The notes below the pieces were generated by a model that was not told where the DNA came from, made no database searches, and worked only from the letters and a program-made list of their open reading frames with translations. The translations under genes and the position numbers were made by a program. From Lama glama (Eukaryota), in NCBI GenBank assembly GCA_028534125.1, contig CM052816.1:43278001-43342000 (forward strand): a stretch of DNA of 64,000 bases, in the 5' to 3' direction. Within the stretch, counting starts at the first letter, position 1. Each line of letters opens with the position of its first letter. Of this stretch, positions 13,837 through 27,088 are shown in pieces.

Positions 13837-14200
13837 TTTTTTCTTTTTCTTTTTCTTTTTTTTTTTTTAATTGAAGCATACTCAGTTTACAATGTTGTGT
13901 CAATTTCTGGTGTACAGCATAATGTTTCAGTCATACATATACATACATATATTTGTTTTCATATTCATTTTCATTATAGGTTACTATAAGATATTAAATA
14001 TAGTTCCCTGTGCTACACAGAAGAAATCTGGTTTTTTATCTATTTTATATATAGTAGTTAATATCTACAAATCTTGAAGTCCCAATTTATCTGTTCCCAC
14101 CTACTTTCCCCCATAACCATAAGTTTCTTTTCTATGTCTGTGAGTCTGTTTCTATTTTGAAGGTAAGTTCATTAATGTCTTCTTTTTTTTTTTTTTTTTG
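13837..14200 (-). mobile_element. Nested lineage-specific L1 3'UTR fragment
   Basis: Own poly-T tail, then aattgaagcatactcagtttacaatgttgtgtcaatttctggtgtacagc; interrupts host L1; flanked by CGGTCAACTCT (13826-13836) / CAGTCAAGTCT (14201-14211). Confidence 0.85.
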
Positions 14201-17159
14201 CAGTCAAGTCTAATCCATTATGAGTTGATTTTTATGTATGGTGTAAGATAGAGGACCAGTCTCATTCCTTTCCTTGTGAATGTCCAGTTTTCCCAACACT
14301 GTTTATTGAAGAGACTATCCTTTCCCCATTGTATGTTCTTGGCTCCTTTGTTGAAAAAAACTTTTACGATAAATGCATGGATTTACTTCTGGGTTCTCTG
14401 TTCTATTCTACTGATCTATGTATCTGTTATTATGCCAGTACCATACTGTTTTGATAAGTATAGGTTTGTAATATATTTTGAAATCAGGAAGTATGATGCC
14501 TCCAGCTTTGTTCTTTTTTCTCAAGATTGTTTTGGCTATTCAGAGCCTTTAGTGATTCCATACAAACTTTAGGATTGTTTGCTGTATTTCTGTGAAAAGT
14601 GCCATTGAAATTTTGATAGGTATCTCATTGAATCCATAGATTGTGTTGGGTGATATGGATATTTTAGCAATATTAATTCTTCCAGTCCTTGAGCATGGAA
14701 TATCTTCCTATTTATTTGTGTCTTCTTCATTTCTTTCATCAGTGTCTTATAGTTTTAAGTGTATAAGTCTTTTACCACCTTGGTTAAATTTATTACTAAG
14801 TATTTTATCCTTTTTGATGCAATTATAGATGGGATTTTCTTCACTTCTTTTTTTTTATATTGTTAACTTTTTTACTGATGATCAATAAAAGCCTGTAAGC
14901 AGGGAGAAAAGAAAAGAGATACAATACAATAAAACTCTAAGATAACATTAAATCATGACTCAGGAGAGTCCTACAGAAGATCACATTAATTTATACCATA
15001 ACTTACTATAACTTTACTATAACCAAAGATGGAAAACTCTAGAAAATGGACCATTTAAATGTGCCTTAAACATAGCTCCTAAATGTCATTGTCTCAAACA
15101 CATTCATGGCAGGAATTGAATGTTAGAGAATTCAAAGCTAAAACCTCTGATGAGAGTCTTTTAAGTGGCCGTTTTTATGTTATTGACTAAAAGAGATACC
15201 AGACAAGCTACCATACAGTTGATATTCCACTGGAAACATGAAGAAATATAACTTAAGATTGTATAGAAGAATGTTCAACCTTCACAGAGAAAAAAGGTAT
15301 ATGGAGCCTTATACTTACCTAATGTAGATACTAGCCATTTATTACTAAAACTCTGAAAAAATAAGCATTGTTTTAAAGAAAACAGTACGCATGTAGCAAA
15401 TGCAGTTACTATTGTTTTTAGCAGAAGAGTATCTATATTAGTTTACTTTGCTAAAGGTAGAATATAGTGGAAATAGTCTGTCAGTTCCACTGGAAAGTTT
15501 GTAATGCAGTGTCATTTTCATTATAGGCAGAATTTATGTATCTGACTATGACCTCTCACATAACATTGGCATTTTATTTTAAGGCCATTTACTCTAAAGT
15601 ACAATTTGGAATAAGGCAGGTGTGTCTGAGATTTCTCTCCCGGGGGGCGTCAGTAGTGTAACCTCAGGGATGAGCCCTGAGTCGTGTTTTTCTTTGTGGG
15701 CTTACTGCCCATCAGTGTCTGGTGTATACAGAGCACTTAGGAAGTGTTTGGACTAAAATGAACCGAACCCTTATGAGGTCATTCCTCAGCCTGTTTTCTT
15801 CAAGACAGTGTTATATTTAGACTACAAGGTACTAATTTGTTTTTAATTTAACATCTCTGTCTTGGCAAGTAATCATCATTTCTATTTGTATTATATTTTT
15901 TTTGTTGATTGCTGACAAAGTATAAGACATGTCATGAAAGATCAAATATGACACATCTAGAAGAAAGGCAGTAAGGCCCAAGGAAACTTAACATCCAGCT
16001 TCCTTCATACGTGGTTAGTAGCCTAATGTATTGATCCTGCTAACAATAACTATCCCCCAGTTTTCCCACTTCTAGCACATTCTTTCAGAGAGTAGTAGCA
16101 GGCTCCCAACATATTCAGAAAGATGCAGATTGGTTGGGAATTGCTACTATTAACTGTGGTCAGAGAGAGGCCACAGTTTCTAGGGTATCAATATTCCATT
16201 TATCTTATCTCAGATCTACAGATACTGGAGAGTGTTAACTTACTCCTGTATCCAATTCTCAGGCTTCTCCCTGACATATGGAAGTCACACCTTTTACAGA
16301 AGCTCATCTTCCAGATCCGTAGTTCACACTTACTGAGACATGACGTGTGCAAATAGTCAGCAACTAACCCCTGGCTGGGGGTAGGGACAGCTTAAAAAAA
16401 TGAAAAAAGACATCCATGGTCCCAGACTTTAAGAAGCTTTAACTAACCAAACATATAGCCCTGGTAAGCTTTATTGAAACACAGGGTCCCCTCAAAATTA
16501 GATTTTTTTTTTTCCTACCATGTAAATGATTATGCAAGGGCCTAAAGCTGCATCCCTGAACAAATTTCAAAAAATCTGCTGTATAGTGTTGTGGATAGTT
16601 TTGGTCTTTCTTTTTTGGGTGGGAAACAAAAATATGTACAGTGTTGCATTTTGTGTTTGTTTCTTTTAAAATTTATTTAGATGTGAAAATATGTTGAAAA
16701 TCAAAATAATGAACAGTGTCTTATTTCTTCTTTTTACTATACTTTTCCAAAATGAATGTGAATTGTACATGAGTCCTGAAAATTATTTCTGTGGAATAGA
16801 AACAGCTCTTTTTAGTGAGAATCCTGTTAATACCAAAGCTGTAAAGTGGTATTGAATTCCGTTTTTAACCAAATCCACAGTTTAAATTATGTGTCTTGTA
16901 TTTCCAGAAGCTTTTACAATCATGTTTTTTATGATCATTTTACTCAAATGATTAGGATACTGAGAGTAACAGGCACATCAGCAGGTTAGAACCAAAACGT
17001 GCATTATCTTGTCATTTTTAGTATTTGGAACTTAGCACCAATAGTTTTTGAAAAGCATTTTTGAATTTTTGAATTTTTTCATAATAGTATATTCCTTTCT
17101 GTGGAAAACATTTGATGTTAAGTACTTAGCTAAGAAAATATCTGTATTTCACCTTTAAA

Positions 17160-17455
17160 AATTCAGTTCAACATTTACTGAGTTCCCACTATTCAGAAGA
17201 CTTTACCAGTCAGTCATTCCCAGGGCTTTATCTCATGCCTGATGTGGGCTAGGCACCCTTCCAGGCAACAGATACAGCCGCAGATGGAGCAAAGTTCCTG
17301 CCTTGAAGGAGCTTACGTTTTTGTCAGAGCAGATGGGCAATTAACAATCTAGTAAATAAAGAAACAAATAAATCATTTCAGATGCTACTGAGTGTTAGGA
17401 CAAACACTTAACAAGATGAAGGGTTAGAGAGTGACTGGGCCGGGAGTGAGGGGAG
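17160..17455 (-). mobile_element. L2 3' end
   Basis: attcagttcaacatttactgag...aaagttcctgccttgaaggagcttac...aaataaatcatttcagatgctactgagtg. Confidence 0.7.
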
Positions 17456-18114
17456 TTCTCCTTTAACTAATTTTTCTTCACACTTTGCCTAGCCTTGCTA
17501 TGGCTACTCCTTAAACTACTTGAAGACGACGTGCTCTTTTTGTACCACAGAACAATGTGACATCACTGACTGAGTTGTTTTCTCTAGGAGAAGTGATGCA
17601 AATATACTTGTCCAACCACATTCCTTGCCCCTTTCCTTGTGCATTACTAACTGGTTGTAAAAGGTGAAACTTCCCACCCATCCCCCCACTACCACCTACG
17701 CACCATGGTATTCACAAAGGCATGGAAGGAGAACCAGATACTGGGCAGCAAAAAAACAACCACAAGTGTCCACTTTAAGTGTTAAGTAGAGAATATCTGA
17801 TGGTGTTACCAGATTTAAAGACTCACAAACTTCAAATGATAGAGTCACTGAACATAAGAAAAGTGAGGAAAATGGATGGATACAAGGCAAAGCGGTAAGT
17901 TTTCCTTTGCTAGTGTATTGTAGCTAAAGCTGTCCTATAAATTGGTTCAAGCCAGGCTCCACTTTATATATATACACAGTCATTTATATGCAAATGATAA
18001 TATAACTAAAAAACAAGCTCTTAGAGAGAATGTATCTAGAGAGTAAAGAACACAAAAATCCCATATATCTGAAACTGGCAAATGATACTTCCATTTAGAA
18101 GTCACTTCAAAATG

Positions 18115-18325
18115 TATAAAGTACTTTCACACATAACATCTCATAGAGTCGTCAAGAACAGTGATGTAAAGTAGGTACTATTATTATCTGCATTTTATCC
18201 ATGATCATACTGAGGCTCAGCAAGATGATTTACACAGAATCATAAAGGTAGAAAGTGTTAGAACCAGACATCTCACCCAGGGGTTCCGTCTCTATGTCCG
18301 ATGTGTTCTCCACTCCACTGCAGCT
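18115..18325 (-). mobile_element. MIR SINE
   Basis: gtaggtactattattatctgcattttatccatgatcatactgaggctcag matches antisense MIR core. Confidence 0.75.
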
Positions 18326-19114
18326 ACAAATAGATGTTTTCAAGAGGAAGCAGACACAAAAAGAAGTAGTCATAGAGATGACAGGATTGTGAATCTGTAG
18401 CTACGGCTAACATATCAACAGTGTCTTTTAGCAACAGAAGACTGCAGGGATAAGAACAGGAAATGGATCTCAGGTTCAGCCAGAGAACTAATCAATGATT
18501 TCTAAAAGGAAACTTTCTAAACAACAGAGTGGTGACGATAAAAGTTTTGCAGTTATTAAGTAGGAATTTGATTTTTTTTTAATAGAAGGTTCTTAACCGA
18601 GAGTGTATTCAAATAATTCTATGAACAAACAAGCATCAACAGTCAATATATAGTCCAGATACATAACACATTTGAAAAAACATGACCATGCTAAAAGGAA
18701 TGAGGACAATAGAATAGAAATCTAAAGATATCAAAAAAGGAAAAATACATTTTTATGTGGTGGTCTTACAACTAGACATTCTAAAGTAGAAAATGCATTT
18801 TGGTGATATGTTGAGAGAAGAAGTATAGACACAAAGAAAGGAGGGTATTTCAAGCTGAAAATTTAGAGAAACCATACTGAATGCTTCCACAGCATTCTCT
18901 GTACCATTCTCTGCATAGAGAGGACCCCAGGCCTCACTGTCATTGAAGGAATTCTTCAAATTTTCCTTCTTATACAAAGCCCTGCTATGGCCACCATGAA
19001 ATCTCTCCTGGTGGCCTCTGGGGAACTAGATGCTGTTAAGCATTTCAACGTCATTACCACAGAAAACTGCTCACCTGTTTTCTTTTTTCCTTTCTGTATT
19101 CTGATTTTCTGAAT

Positions 19115-19235
19115 ACCATTAGATTATAAGCTTTTCAAGGACAAAGACAAAAATGTCTCATTCATTTTTGTGTCCTCATACCTAACAGTGTCTCACATGT
19201 AGGAGCAACTCAATAAATATTTATTGAATGGAACT
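19115..19235 (+). mobile_element. L2 3' terminus
   Basis: tagattataagcttttcaaggacaaagac...cctaacagtgtctcacatgtaggagcaactcaataaatatttattgaatg. Confidence 0.75.
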
Positions 19236-19319
19236 AAATTATTTTAAAATGCAAAATCAGGGCAAGGGGAATGGGGCTGTGGCCCATCTGAGTCATTCAT
19301 TCATTCATTCAGATATTCA

Positions 19320-19510
19320 ACATACTGACACTGAAGCCAAAAACTTGAATTTGAGTCCACACACTGCCACTTCCCAATTCTGTGACTTCGGATAGTTCAT
19401 AGCTTACCCAATCTGGGCCTCAGTTTTCATATCTGTGACTTAGGGATAATAATTTCTGCCAACCTCACTGGTTTATTGTAAAGACAGAATCTGATAATAC
19501 ATTTGAAGAT
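19320..19510 (+). mobile_element. MIR SINE
   Basis: ctgccacttcccaattctgtgacttcgg...ctgggcctcagttttcatatctgtgacttagggataataat. Confidence 0.75.
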
Positions 19511-19744
19511 AAACCAGAAGTTATCAAGTGCTATACAAAAAAAAAAAGGTATTTTTCTGTGGCACTAGTAGTGCCAAGATGCTCTAATGGGAAAAAGGCT
19601 TCGTATGAGCAGGTCTTCTCAGGACCTTTCACTTGGAAATTAATTTTGTGAAAGTACAAGAACGGGCTAGAATGGGAAGGAACGTCTTCTTTTTCTGTAT
19701 GACTGAAAGCATCCAGTTCATACAAGCTGTATCAGAATACTCAA

Positions 19745-19900
19745 ATAATAATAATTGCTCCTACTGTTCCAGCAGGGCCACGTGCTGGACACTATACTTG
19801 CACTTTACATACGTCAGCTTAAGTTCTCAGCACAAACTGCAATGCACGTATTAATGCTGTTCGTCTTATTTTTACAGATATAAAAGGAGAGGGATTAAGG
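19745..19900 (-). mobile_element. MIR SINE fragment
   Basis: gcactttacatacgtcagcttaagttctcagcacaaactgcaa...ttatttttacagatataaaa. Confidence 0.55.
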
Positions 19901-21644
19901 TTACAGCTAGGAAATAGCATTTTACATTTAAGGAAACTAGCACTGAGAAATAAGTGACTTAAGCAACATTTACTCTTTCTCACTTTTATTCTACAACTCT
20001 GGTTCATATCTATATTACCTCTAGACCAAAATACTCCAAAAAGTATTTTGTGAAATAAAATCCATGAAATTCTCCCAAGAGAAACCACTGGTCAGAGATG
20101 TTTGGGAGGTGGGACACATTGAAATCGTCCATTCTTGTGTCACAGTGCACATTAGCACATTGGAGCCTCTGGGAAAAGCTGCAGTAACAAGCTTTGCTAA
20201 ACTTTGAACAGAACCTAAAATCAGCAGCTCTCAACATCCCACAAAGCCAGAGGTCCATGGAGTGAACTTTAGGAAAGGTTGACAGTTGAATAAGTTAACC
20301 AGCAAATGCAGTAATCATTATGTCAGTTCCTACCAACAGCCATGGAGCACCATCTCACCATAAAATATATGTTAAGTTGTTGGAAATGTACAATTGATCT
20401 GATAATTTTCCTAAATGTGCTTGACCAATTCCCTAAAGATTCTTTAAAGTAGTTTTTTCCTAACTCTGATGGCAACTGAGACTATAACAAAACACAACAT
20501 AAACTCAGATCATTTTTTCATGTGAGAAACTGTACGCTAATAGACGGTTGGATTTATGTGTTGCTGAAAATTATTATCCTGATTATTAAACATTAGTTTA
20601 AATCAGCAATTTTAAGCCAGCGTAGTAAACATTTCAAACTGGAGGAGAAGCCAGTGATAGTCAGAACTCTTTCTTCCCATTCCCTCTTCTAACACCAGGA
20701 GAAAAATGAACAACATGAATTTATTTAGTCCTGTCAGACCAGGATCCTCCAATTACTTTGGAGTCATTTAAAACTTCTTTTGAGTGAGGAGAGCTTGATA
20801 TCAGACTTTATTTGAACTTCAAATACTTTTTGAATCAACTCAAATAAAAAATACTTTTGTCTCTTTTTATTCTTGGAAAACATTAGGTACATTGCCTGTT
20901 TGTGTTACTTCATTGTCATATATTTTGTTAAAATGTCATAGATTTTAAATTACTATTCTGTGCCCATTAGTTCTGCTGCCTTGGGATGTAATGACTCATA
21001 TTAGTAGTCTATGTAATAAAAAGGGTTGGTGAATTTTTACTGAACTGTCCTTTTGGGACTATAATTTTTAACATTCTCTGGAAGCTTTGCACATCCTTTA
21101 GTGACAAAGTGCTCTTACACTGTCTTTATCATTGGCAATTTCATAAGGACCAGAACTGTCTGTTACGCGTAAATGTTGAACCCAGCACCATGTTGATCTG
21201 ACAAGTTCCTTACTTGGAGAGTCACCAAGGATACATGATTAGAATGTCACCATCTTATAGGCAAATAAGGTGATTTTGAAAGTCTCGTTAGCAATAATTT
21301 TGGGGGTCTCTGCAATTTAGTGGATGAGTTCATCTTTTTGAAGTAGAGTTACCAAACACATCTAATTACTATAGATATATTCTTTTGCTAAATGTTAAAT
21401 CATAGAGGACTACGGAAGAACAAGGACTGATATAGACTGACTAGCTCAGTTGCTAGTACTTTCAGGAGGATTTAATCCCTGGGTGGGCCAATGATTTTAC
21501 ACAGAGATGAAAAAATATGTCCCTGGGCAGTAAGTTTGATTCAGTGATGTAAATTAAATATTATTATGTTTGTATATGAAGTATGGTACCTTTATTATTG
21601 TTGTCTATGAAGTATGTTTTGAAGTATATTTAATTTTATTTTGA

Positions 21645-22335
21645 TTTCTTTTCTTAATTGTAAATTTTGCATGTAGTGAAATGATCAGATCTTCAGTGTA
21701 CAAATTGTTGCGTTTTGAAGTGTTTATATGCATTGTAACCACTACCCTTATAAAGATATAGAACATTTCCATCATCTCCAAAATTTTCTTCTTATATCCT
21801 TCCATTCAATTTTCCTTGCCCTCCCCTCCTCACCCCTATACCCTCTGTTCTAATTTATATTTCCAAAGTCTTTTTTTTTTTTAACCTGTTTGTAAATGTC
21901 ACATAAATGGCATACAGAGCATGTACTCTTTTGTGTTTGGCTTCTTTCACCTAACATAATTTTTTTCAAGATTCCTCTAAATTGTTACGTGTATCACTAG
22001 TTCATTCTTTTTAATTGCTAAGTAGTATCCACTTTTTGACTATATCACAATTTGTGTATCCATTCTCCTGTTGGTGGACATCTGGGCTGTATCTGATTTT
22101 TGGCTGTTCTAAATAAAACTTCTATGAATATTTTCTTACGCACATTTTTATAAATATGTGTTTTCTTTTCTGTTGGATCAATGGCTAGTAGTAGGAGAGC
22201 TGAGATGTGAGGTAGAGATACATGTTTTATTACAAACCACAGTTTTCCAAAGTGATTTTTTACACTCCTGTGAGTAATATATGAGAGTTTTAGTTGAGTT
22301 GCTGCACATTCTCACCATTTGTGTTGTCATGTTTT
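21645..22335 (-). mobile_element. Old L1 (L1M family) 3'UTR
   Basis: gatatagaacatttccatcatctccaaaattt; gtactcttttgtgtttggcttctttcac; tccattctcctgttggtggacatctgggctgt. Confidence 0.85.
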
Positions 22336-22339
22336 TCAT

Positions 22340-24400
22340 TTTAGTTTTAATTGGAGTGACTAGTCCTTTTAAATTTCATATAATTATTAATATGATTATA
22401 TTTATATCTACCATTATGTTATTTGCTTTCTGTCGGTCCAGGATTTTTTGTTGTTCTTCTGTTTCTCCTTTTCTGCCTTCTTTTGAGTCATTTTTTAAAT
22501 TGCTCTAAAGTCACTTAAGTATATATTTTTGTATTATTATTTTTTAGTGGTTGCTGTAGAGATTAAGGATTGATGGATGCCTTCTAATCAGAGTCTACTC
22601 AGAGTTAATATTGTACAATTTCATACAAAATGTAAGGAGCTTACAGCATTGTAATTCCATTTACCCTCCTGTCCTTTGTGTTATTGTCATAGATCTTAAA
22701 TTCACATACCCTAAAACTACATACACAATACACTGTTACAGTTTTGGTGTTAAAGATTCATTTGGGTTTTTTGTTTGTTTTTTAATTAGCAGAAGAAAAA
22801 AATGGTCTTTATTTTTGCCCTTATGTTTAAGGGCATTTTCAGTGTTGTGCATGTCTTTTTTTTTTTTTTCCATGGGCGTGTCTTCTTATAGACTCAAGCT
22901 TCATCTGATACCATTTCCCTTCAGCATAGAGAACTTTCTCCTAGCATGTCTTCTAGTGCATGTCTGCTGATAACAAATTCTCTCAGTTTTTGTTTATCTG
23001 AAAATATCTTTATTTCACCTTAATTTTTAGAAGGCATTTTTTTCTGATTGGAAATAGAGTTCTGGATTGATGAGTTTTTTTCCCTTTTTCGTTTTTTAAG
23101 ATTGTCATTTCATTGTCTTCTGGCCTCCACTGTTTATAATGAGAAGTTGACTGTCATCTCTATCATTGTTCTGCTGTATGTATTATGTCCTTTTTTCCCA
23201 TGGCTACTTTCAAGATTGTTTCTTTGTCTTTGGATTTAGTAGTCTTACCATGATGTGCCTAGTATGCTTTTCTTTGTATCTATCCTGTTCAGCATTTGCT
23301 GAACTTCTTTGATTCATAAGTTAGTGTTTTTCACCAAATTTGGGATTCATGGATATTTTATTCAAGTATTTTTGCTGCCATATTCTCTTTTTTTTCTCCT
23401 CTGGGACTCCAATTACACATAAATTAAATGGTTTATATTGTCTCACAGGTCACTCAAACGTCTTTCGTTTTTTTCCCAATCTTTCTTCTCTCTGTTACTT
23501 AGTTAGGATGATTCCTGTTGATCAGTTTACAGATTCACTGAGCTTTCATCGGCCGTCTCCAGTTGGCTATTACGTCCATCCAGTGAATTTTCATTTCAGG
23601 TATTATACTATATATAGTTTTAGCTTTTCCACTTAGTCCTTTTTTAAGGTTTCAGTTTGTCTGCTAAAACGCTCGTTCACTCAGTATGGACATCTTGTTA
23701 AGTCCTTAAACATATTTATAATGGTTGATTTAAAGTTTTGGTTTGTTAATTTCAACATCTAGTTCATCTCTAAGTCTCTCTGTTGTTTTCTTCCCCCCAC
23801 CCCACACTTCACTTTGGATCACATTTTCCTATTTCTCTGCATATGTAGTAAGTTTTTATTGTTATGTTGGATATTGTGGATGACGAGTCGTTGTCTCTGG
23901 ATTCTGTCTTACTCTTCTAATGAGTGTTGGCTTTTCTTCTAGTGGACATTTAAATTACTGGCAGATGACCTTAAATTTGTTCAGATTTTATTTTACACTT
24001 TGTGATGGTGAGTTTTGCCCTTATTTTTAAGGTAAATCCTTAGACCTGAGACATCATCTTTACTCCTAAGAAATAATTCTTCTGGGTTTCAGTGGAAAGG
24101 AATTTATATACATATTTGGAACTTTCCCCCTCTGTGAGTGGCTACTTCTTTTCACAAATTTTACTTCCTAGTTTTCAGCTGTTCTGGCATCCCTGAACTC
24201 CATCTTTTGACACTTCAAGCCAGTAATTACAGCCTTTGGGTTCTAGCCACTCTGCACTTGTAAAAAGGAGAATTTTCTCAAGTGAAGAACCACACACTGC
24301 AGATCTTTTCTTTGGGTTTAATCTCCTATGGTTCATACTTTCTCCAGAGCCATCAAATAGCTGTATGTTATATTTCGTCCAGAGTTTATTACTTCTACCA
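22340..24400 (-). mobile_element. Old L1 (L1M family) 5'/ORF1-region fragment, decayed
   Basis: acaaattctctcagtttttgtttatctgaaaatatctttatttcacctt; cattgtcttctggcctccactgtttataatgagaagt; no intact ORF. Confidence 0.75.
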
Positions 24401-24499
24401 GAGCAGGGTTACCTGATTATCAGAACAAGAACCCTCAGGATAGTATGTTTTTAATTGCATTTGAATTGAAATATGGTTAATTTTTCCGTTCTTAAAATA

Positions 24500-24655
24500 A
24501 TGCATTTTTATAAATGAAAAAGTATATGTCTATGTATAAGGAAAAAAGTCTGAAAAAAATATATTTCAGGTTATTTCTGATTAGAAGAATTATTGGTGAC
24601 TTTAACTTTTTTCTTTTTACTTATCTACATTTTCTACTTTTCTGTACAACAACTG
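24500..24655 (+). mobile_element. L1ME-type 3' end fragment
   Basis: aggaaaaaagtctgaaaaaaatatatttcaggttatttctg...attattggtgactttaactttttc. Confidence 0.5.
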
Positions 24656-25494
24656 TAGATTGAGCATTAAGTCCTTTCTTTGCTTTCCTAGGCAAACTGT
24701 TTATGATGACTCTTTATAATAATATGTGTTTGTGCTTCTTTGATGTATTTTGTATTATAATTTCTCTAGGTTAACTGTCTAATAAAATCCTAGTAGTATA
24801 TCTGTATGGTAAACAATACTCTTTCTGCTTTTAGGAGTAGATAATTTGAGACAAATCAAAGTTAAACAGCTTACCCAGAATTTCATGCATATTGATAAAC
24901 TATCCAGAAATAGATCTTAAATTTTAAGTCCCTCAATTCAGCTGTGTAAACTATTTCTAAGCCATCAGCAACAGTGTCTGCAGTTGATTCTACATTTTCT
25001 AATGGGTATGGAAGAAAATTATCATAGTTAAATATAAGCCTCAAATATTTTAGAAACTTCTCTGTAGTCACTGATTTTAATCTCTTCTTCGAATCTTTTA
25101 CTAGAACTCCTAGCAAACTGAAAACTTGACTGATTTTAATTTTAAATCAGATAACCTTCCAGGGGCTAGCAAGAAAATGGCAGGAAGGTACACACTGAGA
25201 TAGTCAGGAATTTTCTTCTTACTCGAATTGCAAGTTTAAGAAATAGAATCAAGTGGATATCTGTTACTCACTCTTAGATATGTAAGCTTAACCAGGAATA
25301 TTTAAATCACTTTCTTATGTTTTTACCAAGAGTTCACTAAAAATGTGATAGAACTTCGTGTTGTCATTCTGAAGTTTCAACCTGAAGATGAAACCAAATA
25401 AAATTACCTTATAAAAGATACCAAATGAAACTATCTTTTAAACATCCACAAAAATGGGTGAAAATAAAAAGAAATAATTGTTAAATATTAATAG

Positions 25495-25890
25495 TTTTCC
25501 CTATGTGATCCTGGATTGGATTCTGTACTGGAAAGAAAAAATGCTGTAAGGACAGCTGGCAAAATTAGCATACAAATGGTAGAGTTAAAAAGTATCCTAT
25601 CAATGTAAAATGTTCTGAATTTGATTCCTACAGTTACATAACAGAATTTCTTTGTGATTAGGAAATATATTCTAAAGGGCATGATATTTGTAACCTACCC
25701 TCAAATAGTTCAGAAAAAAATAACACGTGTGTGTGTATTTTTTTTTAAATGAGCGTGTACACAAAGTGAAAGAGTAAATGATATAATAAATGTGACATAT
25801 GTTTTTAAAAGCTGGTGAATCTGGATAAAAAGATATTCAGGATTTAAATATATTATTCTTGTCGTTTCTTTGTAAGTCTGAAGTTATTTT
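25495..25890 (+). mobile_element. L1MC4/5-like 3' end
   Basis: tgtgatcctggattggattctg...atgatatttgtaacctaccctcaaatagttcagaaaaaa...ggtgaatctggataaa. Confidence 0.7.
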
Positions 25891-26043
25891 TAAAAGAAAT
25901 TTTATTTTTATTTTTTTAACATTTTTTATTGATTTATAATCATTTTACAATGTTGTGTCAAATTCCAGTGTTCAGCACAATTTTTCAGTCATTCATGGAC
26001 ATATACACACTCATTGTCACATTTTTTTCTCTGTGATTTATCA

Positions 26044-26543
26044 NNNNNNNNNNNNNNNNNNNNNNNNNNNNNNNNNNNNNNNNNNNNNNNNNNNNNNNNN
26101 NNNNNNNNNNNNNNNNNNNNNNNNNNNNNNNNNNNNNNNNNNNNNNNNNNNNNNNNNNNNNNNNNNNNNNNNNNNNNNNNNNNNNNNNNNNNNNNNNNNN
26201 NNNNNNNNNNNNNNNNNNNNNNNNNNNNNNNNNNNNNNNNNNNNNNNNNNNNNNNNNNNNNNNNNNNNNNNNNNNNNNNNNNNNNNNNNNNNNNNNNNNN
26301 NNNNNNNNNNNNNNNNNNNNNNNNNNNNNNNNNNNNNNNNNNNNNNNNNNNNNNNNNNNNNNNNNNNNNNNNNNNNNNNNNNNNNNNNNNNNNNNNNNNN
26401 NNNNNNNNNNNNNNNNNNNNNNNNNNNNNNNNNNNNNNNNNNNNNNNNNNNNNNNNNNNNNNNNNNNNNNNNNNNNNNNNNNNNNNNNNNNNNNNNNNNN
26501 NNNNNNNNNNNNNNNNNNNNNNNNNNNNNNNNNNNNNNNNNNN
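26044..26543. other. Assembly gap (500 N)
   Basis: Run of N. Confidence 1.
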
Positions 26544-27088
26544 GTTTTTATCATAAATGGGTGTTGAATTTTATCAAATGCTTTTTCTGCATCGATTGAG
26601 ATGATCATGTGGTTTTTGTCCTTTTGCTTGTTGATGTGATGTATTACATTGATTGATTTGCATATGTTGAACCAGCCTTGTGTCCCTGGGATGAACCCCA
26701 CTTGGTCATGATGTATAATCTTTTTTATGTGTTGCTGGATTCTATTTGCTAAAATTTTGGTGAGGATTTTGGCGTCTATGTTCATCAGTGATATTGGCCT
26801 ATAATTCTCTTTTTTTGTAGTGTCTTTGCCTGGTTTTGGTATCAGGGTGATGGTGGCTTCATAGAATGAGTTTGGGAGTATTCCCTCCTTTTCAATCGTC
26901 TGGAAGAGTTTGAGAACGACTGGTATGAATTCTTCTTTGTATGTTTGGTAGAATTCCCCAGTGAAGCCATCCGGTCCTGGACTTTTATTTGTAGGGAGGT
27001 TTTTAATTGCTTATTTCTATTTCCTTTCTAGTGATCAGATTGTTCAAGTGTTCAGTTTCTTCTTGATTCAGTTTTGGTGGACAGTATG
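26544..27088 (-). pseudogene. L1 ORF2p fragment (reverse transcriptase N-terminal region), frameshifted
   Basis: Open for 155 codons from 27010: [27 protein letters not shown]...[15 protein letters not shown]...[10 protein letters not shown]...[19 protein letters not shown]; 1-bp insertion near 27011 separates it from upstream TYCPPKLNQEETEHLNNLITRKEIEI. Confidence 0.95.

Larger units (their letters stand above)
12618..14854 (-). mobile_element. 5'-truncated LINE-1 (L1MA-like 3' end) hosting a nested younger L1 fragment
   Basis: Antisense L1 3'UTR and ORF2 C-terminal sequence; degenerate TSD TTATACTGTTAATTTT (12602-12617) / TTATATTGTTAACTTT (14855-14870), 14/16 identical. Confidence 0.9.
25911..27088 (-). 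mobile_element. Young 5'-truncated LINE-1 spanning an assembly gap
   Basis: T-rich tail and 3'UTR left of gap, ORF2 RT region right of gap; candidate TSD TAAAAGAAATTTTATTTTTA (25891-25910) / TAAAACAAATTATATTTTTA (27089-27108), 18/20 identical. Confidence 0.9.

Noticed and set aside
25955..26599. Plus-strand 214-aa and 180-aa ORFs
   Set aside because: Artefacts of reading through N runs; only the minus-strand L1 ORF2 part is real
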